From positions 11,780,001 to 11,844,000 of the forward strand of contig CM120642.1 of NCBI GenBank assembly GCA_051362555.1: DNA of 64,000 bases. The letters are read 5' to 3'. Positions 1 to 11,889 of this stretch are shown here, one piece after another; position 1 is the stretch's first letter; the number at the start of each line of letters is the position of its first letter. The translations under genes were made by a program, and so were the position numbers. The notes under the pieces were generated by a model. It did not search any database, was not told the DNA's origin, and saw only the letters and a program-made list of their open reading frames with translations. Source of the stretch: Lingula anatina. Taxonomy: Eukaryota > Animalia > Brachiopoda.

Positions 1-281
1 GGTGGGTGTGGTATCACACTTGTTGCCCCTCCTATAATGTGAGTGGAGTATTTTTTATTAGGATAAGTTGTTTGAAGTGAAAGGAGGTGGGCAAAACTGG
101 GTGTGTTGTTTCCCATAGTTGTACATGTAGAGGGTTTATTTGTATTATAATGTCTGAAGGTTTTGTGCTATAAGACTAAAAAGAAAAGGAAAAAATATAA
201 AAAACTATGTGTAGCACACTTAATGACAGCTTTGTGCTAAAAATATATCAGAACGTTATTATATTTTTTTTTTGTTTCTAG

Positions 282-3200
282 ATCATCTCATGTACAGTAT
301 CCCAGGGTCTCCAGAAGAACAGAAGGAACCTACATTTGGTTCTCATGAACTGACTCAAGCACTGCACAAAAGACTGCAGATATTGGATGACAAGACCATG
401 AATAAGGCACAGGCTCTGCAGGCTATGAAACACACACAGAAGAGTGATGATACAAAGGTGACTTTATATTTTATATTTAGTTACATACTTTGGTTTTCCT
501 TATCATTTTTCTTTTTTGTTGTTGTAACAGCTGTTATTTTTCTGAAGTATAATCATGTTCAATTTACTTTATTTTGAATGTTATATAAAGTGATATATAC
601 AGTGTATGTTTTGGATGTGCAGAGGGCCAAAGTAGTAGATGAGCTACAGCAGGAGCTTGATGAGCTGAAATCACAGCGCAGACAGCTGGAGTTTCATATT
701 GAGAGGACAGAGCTATGGTGGGAAAATGTTGGACGTTGGAAAGCACACATATACAATGCAGAGGTTGGTTCAGTGGTGCAGTTTGTGAGATTGTGCTATA
801 AAAGAGTCTTGACAGTAACATTGCAGTTACTCTCTATACTATAGATATCTCAAAAACTAATTTCCTTGGCAGATTTAAGGCTTAAACAAAATTCAGTGTC
901 ATTTGTTAACATGAATTCAATTTTTTTTATCCACTTCAGTTAGCTTGGTGACATGTTCACAGTTAAGGCTCCTTCATTCACGCTAAGAAGGAAATGTTGT
1001 TTTGATTTTATAAAAAAAGGGTATGATAAATAGTCAGTACTAGGGTAGACCTGTAAGTATCAATTGAATGAATATGGAAGTGAAGGTTGAAGATTGAATT
1101 TTTTCAATTTTAGCTGTCAAGAGATGAAGACACTGACAAGATGTTGCCAAATTTTGCCATAGTTGTAGATCTCCAAGGTTTCCATACTAGAGGGCGTTCA
1201 ATGCAAGACAGCACCAGTGGATGGGTGGTATCAAGGACACTGGACGAATTCCACACACTTCATAACAAGCTAATTATGGTAAATAACAATACTCTGTGAA
1301 GTTGACTTTGAATTTTTTTATTCTGATGAAAGGATTAGAGGTGCTCATGTCCTTGCTCATATATATAATCCTTTACAGCCTTCTTCAAATATTATGATAA
1401 ACTTATTTGTTTGACAATAAAAATCATACATACAGTATATGTGCCATCATCTGATGGATAAAGATAGTTATATGTCAATGATTTTTGGTGTAGAAAGACA
1501 CGTTTCAGATTATCATACTATATGTACACTGAAATATGAAAAGAAAAACACACTAGGCTGGGGTAGTGCTAGCAATCTTTTTCACTTAGCCAAATTACCA
1601 CTTTTTTTGTCAATTTGTTATCCAAATGGTTATAATTTGACTAAAACAAGTCAAATCAAGCCCTTTTTGTTTAGCCATTTTAAGTTAGTTTTAGCATTTG
1701 GCTAAATTGGCGAGAGTTAGCGCTACCCCAGCTAGATAACATGATTAAGATATAGATGACACATCATTTCACTTTCAGATTGCAGCCTGGCTGACCAAAA
1801 AGCAGTTGCCAACCCTGAGTAAACTTCCCTTTAAATCTGTTAACAAGGCATTTCTGGAGAAAGCTAAGGGCACTCTAAGCACATATTTGACTGTGAGTCA
1901 TTAAATTGTTTAATTTCCCAGATTAACAGTTTGATTTAGATGGGATTTATTTGAAAAAAAAATATAATAAGAAGTTTTATAAAGAGATTTTAGCAATTCC
2001 TTTTTATGTGATAGTATGGAAACAAATATTATTAAAAAAATTAATGTTCTTTTAATAATGAGGAACATTTATGTAAATATTTATAATTTGTATTGTTATA
2101 GTAATCTTTAATCATGGCCTACACTATTCTTAATAATTAAGCATTTCATTCCAGGTTATGCATATAGAGCATTTTTACCAAAGTCACTATGATAACTATG
2201 ATCCCTATGATGTTTTAAATGTATTTTTCCATAATGCACTGTTTTCCTCTATATGTATATGTTTTACTGTAGACTGTACTAAAGGATGATATGCTGTCAC
2301 AAAGTGAAGCTCTTTATGCCTTTCTGAGTCCAAGTCCTGATTACCTCAAACATCATCCACCCAGGATCAAATCTGCAAAGTTCTCAATTCCAAATATATT
2401 CAGGGGGTGAGTTTTTAAGGCAATTATAAAATTTTGAAAATTCTTTGACTGCATTTTAAAAGAAAAACCAGGCCAACAGTCATACATTGTAATCATGAAT
2501 AGGAAAGAGTGAGTAGCAGAGAGACAAACATAAGTGGAAATACTTTATGACAGACACACAAACAAACAGGCCTGGGTTTGTAGATTTAATGATATATATA
2601 TATATAACCTGATTAAACATACTCCACTTTTGATGTTATTTGCAGTTTCTATTTGAAAATTTCAGCCTGTCATCGTCAAAGGGAGAAAGTAGCAGTGAGG
2701 ACGAGCTGCTCCTGATGGATGATGAAGGGTGGGTTTTTCTGATGCCTCAATTTCTTATGTCCATTCACATAACATAAAGATTGACACATCACTGATGCAG
2801 GCTTTTAGTCAATTGGAGCAAGAAAGCTTTGGGTAGAAGATCACACAGAGAGTAGTTGCACTTGCTCCAAGTTACTTTCAGTATGTTTTAGATAATTGTA
2901 ATGCACATCTTACTGTCCTCCCACTATTATTATTATTATTGTTTTAACAATATTTGTTTTAACAATTAAAATTCATTAGTCTCATTATCATTTATGTAGT
3001 TGTAGTTCTTTGTTAAATTATTATTATGATGATGATGATGAATTATATTTCCCCTTTTGTCTAATAGAAAAATATTTTTTTCAATTGATTTCAGCGTAAA
3101 AGATGACAGGAGCAAGGACTCTATAGCACAGCCTCTCTACTTGTTGATAGGGGAGATATTTGAGCTAAGTGGGGTGTTCAAATGGTTGAGGAAAAGTTTA

Positions 3201-4531
3201 ATGGTGTTTGTGCAGGCCACATCTGGAAGGACAATTAACAGGTTGGTTGTAGGTTATTATATCTGGGAGGTCACTTCAGAAAAGACATGAAACAGGTTGG
3301 TTATAAAGTATATTTTGAAAATCATATCAGTTAACAAGACAGTACAGGTCACATTCTCAGTGGTTCAGTAGGTAATCACAGGTAACATCAGACAGATCAT
3401 TTAACAGCTTTGTGAAGGTCAACAGCTTTATGTGGGTGTAGGTGATAATACATCTATTCTTGAGGTTTGTGATCAGGTAGGTGCAGCTCACATCTCTCAG
3501 GTCACATCTCTCAATTGTGACACAGGTGTAGGTAACGTGTAGTTAGTCAATTGCCTGGTACGTGTAGGTCATCTTATTATCATCAATGAAATGAATACAT
3601 TTAGGTGATCATTGCGAATTTTTGTGGGTTAGATTCCAGATAGTGTATTTATGTTCATTTATATTTATTAGAGATTAAAGAACTTATGCATTTTTATTTA
3701 GCTGCAGTGATGTGATTGTTGGCTGGGATTCATGTTTAATTTAATGTTACAGTATTTATTTCTTACTTCAGACAGTTACGAGAAACAGTGGACTGGATCT
3801 TCTCTGAGCCTATGATCATTTACTACATTCAACTGTTTTGCAACTCATTTTGGCCAGGAGGACACCTGGCGCCTCCTACACCTCCCAGGAGTGACGAGGA
3901 GAAAATGAGAACCAGAATGGCAGCAAAAAATAAGTTTTTGGACAGCATACCTGGTGAGACTTTGGTTATATGCATAATTTCAATTCATTGTAAATGTTAG
4001 CGTGTTTTGGTCACATATTTCTGAAAAATTAAATTCATTATGCATGGTTGATGGGGTTTCAAATCTAATAAATATTTTTATTTTTATTCTCTTTGAATAA
4101 GAGGGCCTCATAAATTTCACTATATATCAGTATTGTTATTTACCTTGTTTTAGATGCTATGAAGAACTTATTTGGTGAGAAAAACTCAAGAAAGGGTGCC
4201 ATCAAAATATTTGAAGTTTTTCAAGATGGCAGACTGAACAAGCATCTATTTTATGTAAGAAGTTTTTATTTATTATCAAAGAGCACTTTTCTAGAAATAT
4301 ATATTTTACATACATTTAAAATAATTTTGTGAAAATCCTTTCTGAAGAAAGGAGTATTTTCTGTTTATAAAAATCGGACAATGAAAGCAGTTTGTATATT
4401 AAGTCTAGCACTCACAATATCCCTATATAAGTTCCATACATAACAGAGTTAGGCTTTTTTATGTACAGACACAGATGTGTCTGTACATATAGCCATCATC
4501 TGCGTCTGTCGTCGCCGTCGCCGTCGTCGCT

Positions 4532-4562
<31 letters not shown>

Positions 4563-7500
4563 CCGTGCACTTTTACCGATAACACGATAAGTGGAAAACC
4601 ATTTTACCTTTTGACTTGAAACTTACAGAACTGATGAATATTCATAATACGCAGGTCAAGTTCGAAAATCAGCATGATCGGGTCACTTTTAGGGAATTTA
4701 TGCTGTTTTTTCACTTTTTTCAGCATATATGCAGCACCGATAACACGATAAGTGGAAAACCATTTTACCTTTTGACTTGAAACTTACAGAACTGATGAAT
4801 ATTCATAATACGCAGGTCAAGTTCGAAAATCAGCATGATCGGGTCACTTTTAGGTAATTTATGCTGTTTTTTCACTATTTTCAATATAAATGCAACACTG
4901 ATAACACAATATAAGAAAAACGGATTGGCCAATTGTAATTATACTCACAGGAGTGGTCAATCTTACTAAAACGCAGGTTGAGTTCGAAAATAAGCATAAT
5001 CGGGCCATTACTTAAGAAGTTATACTGTTTTTTCACATTTCCTCAGATTCAATTATTAGGCATGTTAACAGTCTCATTATTTAACTAATAAGATGCCTAA
5101 AAGTGTTTGTTTGATATTTCCTGCATCTTTACAACATTGTTAGTTGTTTATGTAAAAAACATGGTAAACTTGTTATCTTGTATTGTGTAATAGAGTGTCA
5201 AAAATGGAAATAAACTCATATCATTGCAGTTTGTCAGATTCAATCATCCACTATGTTCAGAATCTCAGAATGGAGGAAATTGGACATTTAACACTGTTCT
5301 ATTGATACTTTTCCCATCTCATCAATTTTCTTAGTTGGACATATAAAAATGGCAGTAAAATGTTTATTTTGTTTTATGTTAAAAAAGTGTTAAAAATGGA
5401 AAAAAAACCCATTTCAGAACAGTGCTGTCTTGTTTACATTTTGGCATTATCAAGGCGTGACTTTGAAGTTCCATGGGCCTGAAGACCTTTGCTAGTCACA
5501 TTTTCTGAATATCTGTGATACAAATATTTTATAATTAAAAATTGATGGTCATTAAGCTGTTAAACATTATGTAATATTGCATCAAAATTTGAAGAAACCC
5601 CTATTTTGGGCACTGCTCCTATGATGACCATTTAAGGGAAATCATGTCACTTACTGTTCTCAAACTTACAGGAAAGAAACATGGGTCTAACATACAGCTT
5701 CAATAGGCAACGCAGTCTGTTTGGTAAAATTTTCTGGCAATTTAACAGTTTTTTGTGAAAATTTAATTTTTCACTTATTTGCATCTTTATTTCACTTTTC
5801 TCAGCATATATGCAGCACCGTGGTCAATCTTACTAAAACATAGGTTGAGTATGAAAATCAGCATAATCGGTCCATTATTTTATAAGTTATGCTGTTTTTT
5901 CACATTTCCTCAGATTCAATTCTTAGGCATGTTAATAGTCTCATTATTGAACTAATAAGATACATAAAAGTGTTTGTTTGACATTTCCTGCATCTTTACA
6001 ACATTGTCAGTTGATTATGTAAAAATGATGGTAAATTTGTTATCATGTATTGTGTAATGAAGTGTCAAAACTGGAAATAAACACATATCATTGCAATTTG
6101 TCATATTCAATCATCCACTATGTTCAGAATCTTAGATGGAGGAAATTGGAAATTAAACACTGTTCTATTGATATTTTCCCCATCTCATCAATTTTATTAG
6201 TTGGTCATATAAAAATGGCAGTTAATTGTTAATTTTGTTTTATGTTAAAAAAGTGTTAAAAATGGAAATAAACCCATTTCAGAAAAGTGCTGTCTTGTTT
6301 ACATTTTGGCATTTTCAAGATGTGACTTTGAAGTTCCATGGTCCTGAAGACCTTTGCTGGTCACATTTTCTGAATATCCATGATACTAATATTTTATTAT
6401 TAAAAATTGATGGTCATTATGCTGTTAAACATTATGTAATATTGCATCAAAATTTGAAGAAACCCCTATTTTGGGCACTGTTCCCATGATGATCATTTAA
6501 GGAAAATCATATCACTCACTGTTCTCAAACTTACAGGAAAGAAACATGGGACTAAAATATAGCTTCAGTAGGCAATGCAGTCTGTTTGGTAAATTTTTCT
6601 GGCAATTAAACAGTTTTTTGTGAAAATTTAATTATTCATTTATTGGCATTTTCAAGGTGTGACTTAGAACCTCCACGGGCTTGAAGACCTTTGCTAGTCA
6701 CATTTTCTGAATATCCATGATACTAATATTTTATTATTAAAAATTGATGGTCATTATGCTGTTAAACATTATGTAATGTTGCATCAAAATAGAAGAAAAC
6801 ATAATTTTTGGTGTTGCTGCCATGATGACCATTATGGGAAAATCATGTTACTTACGACTCAATCTTTCAAAAAAAGTTGGAAAAGCAGTCTAATTGGCTT
6901 CTTTTTCTGGAATTTATATATTTTAGTGAAATATTCATTATTATCTTTTTGGCATATTCATTGTGGGACTCAGAACTCCCATGGACATGAAGCCGAATGG
7001 TAATCAAATTTTCTACATGTCCTTGCTATTCATAGTCAGTAATAAAAAATTGGTGATCATTATTCTATAAATTATTATGTAATGTTACATCAAAATTGAC
7101 AAAAATATTTTTGTACTGCTTCTGCAAACATTATGGAAAGAAAACTGTGTTACTTATTATTATGTTTAACTTACAAGTATGATTTTTAGGATTGGCATGC
7201 AGTTCAAATTAGAAAGCCAGCTCAATTGGGTTATCATTTATTATTGAATTTATGCAATTTTGTGTTAAATTTTCATTTTTCTCATTCTGGCTCTTTCTAA
7301 TTGTAAATTTGAACTTTGATGGACCTGAAGCCTTATGCTTTTACTTTCGTCGTTGTTACCTGTTCTGCATAATTAAAATTTGATATTGACTGTGCAGTTA
7401 AACATAATGTACTATTGCATCAGAATTGGCAGTCTCCTATTTTTGTGCATTATTGTTTTGTGCTTTTCTTAAGCTGTGTCTTATGGGACAAATTTGTGTG

Positions 7501-10500
7501 GTCAGTCTGTAAATTCCCCTTGGGTATTCACTAGGCTAAGTTTAGTGCTATAAACTCATTTGCCTGATTAAGTGGCCATTAAATGAGATTTCATAAATCA
7601 CACTTGTTGATATTTCCCTGTAAACTCCCAAAGGTTAAGCTCTCTGCTAGATAACAGTGTCCATAATAAGGAAGCACTGAATAGCAGCTTCATTAGATTA
7701 TATTTTTGTTGTTTTCTTTTTAATTTCTTCTCCAACACTGGCATTTTTAAGATGTGACTTTCCCATCCACCTGAGGCTCTGCACAATTTCTGTATTTCCA
7801 CGTACGGTAAAGTCTTGAAAATTTCGTCGTTCTTGAAAATTTCGTCGGCAGACGATTTTCCGCCGAGGTAATTTTTTTCCCCTTGAAAACTTCGTCGACC
7901 TTGAAAATGAGGTACTCAATAATTTTTGAAAAGTTCGTCACCAAATATGGCCGCGTTGTCCAGCTCAAACATGAAAGTAATGCGTCAGTTGATTCAAGAC
8001 AATGATACGATCAGGATATCATTGCCGATAACACTCTCAATGGGAGATAGGAACAATAGTGCGCCCCTGCGAGCGGTTACTCACAATATAAGTGGTTAAG
8101 ATGTGAATCCCCGTTCTTAATTGCGGGAACATCGGCCTTTTGTCTAAATAGTTTCATTACTATTACCTGGCTCAAGGTGCGTTATCAAGCCGGCAAATAA
8201 AAGTCACAGGCGGCGGCTTTGTCATTTGTAACGCCGTTATTGTTATCGGCGGCTGTCCTAAATGAGGAAGACACAATGAAAAATCAAGATATTATCTCGA
8301 AGGGAAATGTACCCGTCACTTCTATTCATGTCCATGTTCAATTTAGGACCATTTAACAATTACCTGGCTCATCCATGGAGATCGTTCGCAATGCGAATGG
8401 GACGAGATGGCAATTTTCATAGCTTCAGCAGAGAATCTTTCGCGTAATATTGTCAACAGATCGTTCGCGATCCAAACGAGACAAGAAGAAAATTTTCATA
8501 TTTATAGCAGACTCCGTTCGCGTAAGATCATCAGCGGGAGATCGTTTGCGATCCGAGCGAGACGAAAAGGCAATTTTCATGTCATCATCGGGAGATCGTT
8601 CGCGATGTAAGCAAGAATGAAATGCAATTTTCAAATTAGTGCAAGGAACTTAGTTTGCAAAAGATCGTCAGCGGGAGATCACTATTCTAACCCCCCCCCC
8701 CCCCCCCCTTTGAATTTAATAAATAATATATATATTTTCATTTTATCTTAAACCCCCCCCCCCCCTTCCCCGCTCATGGCATATCTTCGGCGGAGAATCG
8801 TTCGCGTAAGATAATCATCGCGGGATCGTTTGCGATGTAAGCAAGAATGAAATGCAATTTTTATATTAGTTCAAGGGATTTAGGGAACTTCGTTAACGGA
8901 AGATCGTCAGCGAGAGATCATTATTTCACTCTCCCCCCCCCCCCCAGACCCCAGACACACACACTTTGGGTTTAAAAAATATCTTTTTCATTTTATCTTT
9001 AAACAGCCCCCCTCCCCCGCTCACGGTATATATTCGGCGGAGAATCGTTCGCGTAATATCCTCAGGACTTTGTTCGCGTAAGATAATATCAGAGGGAGAT
9101 CGTTCGCGATCCTAGCTTGACGTAAAGGCAATTTTCATATCATCGTCGGGAGATTGTTCGCGATGTAAGCAATAATAAAATGCAGTTTTCATATTAGTTC
9201 AAGGAACTTAGTTTGCAAACGATCGTCAGCGGGAGATCATTATTTTAACCCCCCTCCCCTTTGAATATTATAAATAATATATATTTTTAATTTCATCTTT
9301 AACCCCCCCCCCCTTCCCCGCTCACGGCATACATGTATCTTCGGCGAAGAATCGTTCGCGTAAGATCGTCAGAGGGAGATCGTTCGCGATCCGAGCGAGA
9401 CGAAAAGGCAATTTTCATATCATCATCGGGAGATCGTTCAGTTTTCATATAAGTTCAAGAAACTTAAATTGCGGAAGATCGTCTACGGGAGCAATTATTT
9501 TAACTCCCTGTAAATTTTAAGGAAGTTACAGATGGTACTTTTAGAAGGCCTGACATTCAATCCTGGGAAAAGCCCTGCATGCAACAAACGTTGCCAAGTG
9601 CATAATTTTTTTTAATATGTCGCGGCCAGGTTATAATGCAAGGAGGCAATTAAGCTTATCTTGATCCTTCTCCTCTATCAGGAGGTATGTTTCTTACCGA
9701 GAAGATAATTCTCAACACATTTTCGGGTACAGTAAGTTAAATTTAACTTAATCGAGATGCAGTAATAAATATATTATTATTTACCACCAGAAAACGACTT
9801 AGGAAGTAGTTTTAAATATCCCACAATATAGGAGGGTCAAAGATAACAGTCGCTAAGGATAAAAGCCCAAAGGCCGGATTTTTGAAAATTTCGTCATACC
9901 CAGGAGTCGGGGAGAGGTAATTTTGAAAAATTAGTCGGATTTACACAATTAAAAATATTAATTAATTTTTAAGCGACGAAATTTTCAAGACTTTACCGTA
10001 AGCAGTTGTATTGGTATTCATGTCTTTAAACACTAGTAATATTATTTTATGCACTTTCATCATTTTTCTTATATTGGGACTTTTATCATGTGAATTTTAA
10101 CTCTCATGGTCATGAAACTATAATCTTATTGAAGGGGTGGATTGAGACCATCTTCTGGGTCTCCTGGAAGACAGTTAAATTTTTTATATTGATGGGTATC
10201 TATTTTTTTTCTTTTGGAAGACCATCAAAATGGAAGATGGATCAATAAAGATACTTTAGAATACTGTCAAAAATATTTCTGGATCTGCTCCTGTTATTGA
10301 CCATGTTACCTGTTGTGCTTAATGAAAAATCAGTGTTGACTGACTGCTATTATAAGCATTATTTATTGTTGCATCAAAATTGACAAAATGACCTCTTTTG
10401 CATCTTTTTTTTCTGTTTTTTGTCTGTACATTTGACAGCTTTGCTGCCTTGTCTGCTTTTCTTAAGGTGTGACTTATGGGCCTGAAGACCTTGGATAGAC

Positions 10501-11889
10501 AGATTTGTGTGGTCAGTCTGTAAATACCCTTTGGGTATTCACTAGGCTAATTTCAGTGCTATAAACTCATTTGCCTAATTAAGCAATTAAATTAGGCCAT
10601 TAAATGAAATTTCATAAAGCACCCTTGTTGATATTTCCCTGTAAACTCCCAAAGGTTAAGCTCTCTGCCAGATAACATATCGTCCATAATAAGGAAGCAA
10701 TGAATAGCAGCTTCATTGGAATTATATATATATTTTTTCTTTTTAATTTTTTCTCCAACACTGGCATTTTTAAGATGTGATTTTTAACTCCCATCCACGG
10801 CCGTAGCCTCCAGGGGGGCAAGGGGGCAGCTGCCCCCCCCTGGGATTTGAGGTGCAAAAAAAAAAAAAATAATAATAATAATAATAATCAAAAAGGTAAA
10901 AAAATAATTGCAAAGTTGATGTAAATTCTTTGAGAAAATGCACTCATGGCCACTAGACAATCATTCAACAATCTGTTTACAAAGGTGTACTGTTTTTAAC
11001 AAACTCAGTTCATGCCAATGCACCAGAATGCAGTATTATACATACAGTTTTTAAAAATTTTCCACACCGTGGGAGGGGGACAATCCCTCCCACACCCTTC
11101 CCCCTCGGGGGGCTTCGCCCTCGTGCCCCCCCCTGGCATTGTGCTCAGGCTACGCCCTGATCCACCTGAGGCTCTGCACATTTTCAGTATTTCCACATAA
11201 GCAGTTGTATTGGTATTTATGTCTTTAAACACGCTGCAATATTATTTCATGCACTGTCATCTTTTTTCATATATTGGGACTTTCATCATGTGGATTTTAA
11301 CTCTCATGGTCCTGAAACTGTAATCTTATTGAAGGGGTGGATTGAGACCATCTTCTGGGTCTCCTGGAAGACAGTCAGATTTTAAAGTTTATATTAACCG
11401 GTTTCTGTTGGAAGACCATCAAAATGGAGGATGGATCAACAAGGATACTTTGGAATACTGTCAGAAAATATCTCTGGATCTGCATCTGTTAGTGACCATG
11501 TCACCTGTTGTGCATGATTATAAATTAGCGTTGACTGACTGTGCTATAATAAGCATACATTATTGCATCAAAATTGACAAAATGACCTATTTTGCATCTT
11601 TTTTTTTCTGTTTTTTGTCTGTACATTTGACAGCTTTGCTGCCTTGTTCCAGGTGCTTCTTGAATTGGTGCTACTGGAAGTTCTCCCTGAGGTGAAGAGC
11701 AAAATGGAGGAGCTAACAGCTGAAAGACAGGTGCCCTTTTCAGTTAGTAGCCTCAATGCTCCACCCCCAAGTCGCTCACAGAGTCCAGAGACTGTCCAGT
11801 TTGATGACCAGGACGCTGATTCCACTGACCAGGCAACAAGGGGCCAAAAACAACCACTCCCACAAGTGGAGGTCATGTTCCATTTGTAG
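282..11889 (+). CDS. SNX25: Sorting nexin-25 (PX and PXC/Nexin_C region), 5'-partial; 10 exons: 282-457, 623-763, 1114-1278, 1779-1892, 2273-2406, 2666-2728, 3095-3241, 3772-3953, 4154-4254, 11653-11889
   Basis: All exons have AG/GT boundaries and phases join into one ORF ending TAG at 11887-11889. The translation has PX-like GWVVSRTLDEFHTLHNKL...QSEALYAFLSPSPDYL and the PXC signature DSIAQPLYLLIGEIFELSGVFKWLRKSL...GRTINRQLRETVDWIFSEPM...FWPGG...NKHLFYVLLELVL, which I recognise as SNX25-like. Confidence 0.9.
4575..7460 (+). repeat. Internal tandem repeat array of the HINE: 161-bp near-identical units (4575, 4736, diverged 4897), an 867-bp duplication (4953 vs 5820) and further diverged subunits
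   Basis: ACCGATAACACGATAAGTGGAAAACC at 4575 and 4736; GTGGTCAATCTTACTAAAAC at 4953 and 5820; a TTGGCATTTTCAAGGTGTGACT-like motif recurs at ~5441, 6306, 6643, 6950 and 7288. Confidence 0.9.
7805..9998. mobile_element. Tc1/mariner-type non-autonomous DNA transposon (~2.2 kb) nested in the HINE
   Basis: Perfect 25-bp TIR CGGTAAAGTCTTGAAAATTTCGTCG / CGACGAAATTTTCAAGACTTTACCG. TA is duplicated (7803-7804, 9999-10000) and the sibling repeat shows the empty site (TTCCACA-TA-AGCAGTTG, ~11191-11207). Internal GGAGATCGTTCGCG-rich tandem units at 8380-9500. No transposase ORF. Confidence 0.9.
10796..11159. mobile_element. MITE with CA(G/C)GGCCGTAGCC...GGCTACG(G)CCCTG termini, copy 1, nested in the HINE
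   Basis: TIRs visible; empty site CCCATCCACCTGAG at ~7762-7775 in the sibling repeat. Flanks duplicate ATC (or ATCCAC). Same family as 39968-40432, but with an internal ~120 bp deletion. Confidence 0.85.

Larger units (their letters stand above)
4455..11647 (+). mobile_element. Non-autonomous Helentron/HINE (DINE-1-like) composite element, ~7.2 kb including two nested MITEs
   Basis: 5' end: T-run, hairpin ATGTACAGACACA-GA-TGTGTCTGTACAT (4461-4488), then a (GTC/GCC)n microsatellite (4503-4566) and internal tandem repeats. 3' end: TGTCTGTACAT (11616-11626, reverse complement of 4461-4471), small hairpin CAGC-TTT-GCTG and terminal CTTGT. T residues on both sides, no obvious TSD. This is the established HINE architecture. 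Confidence 0.8.

Noticed and set aside
8380-9500. Recurrent GGAGATCGTTCGCG motifs with variable spacing, superficially CRISPR-like
   Set aside because: The spacers are themselves repeated, the spacing is irregular, there are no cas genes, and the region lies inside a eukaryotic TIR element.
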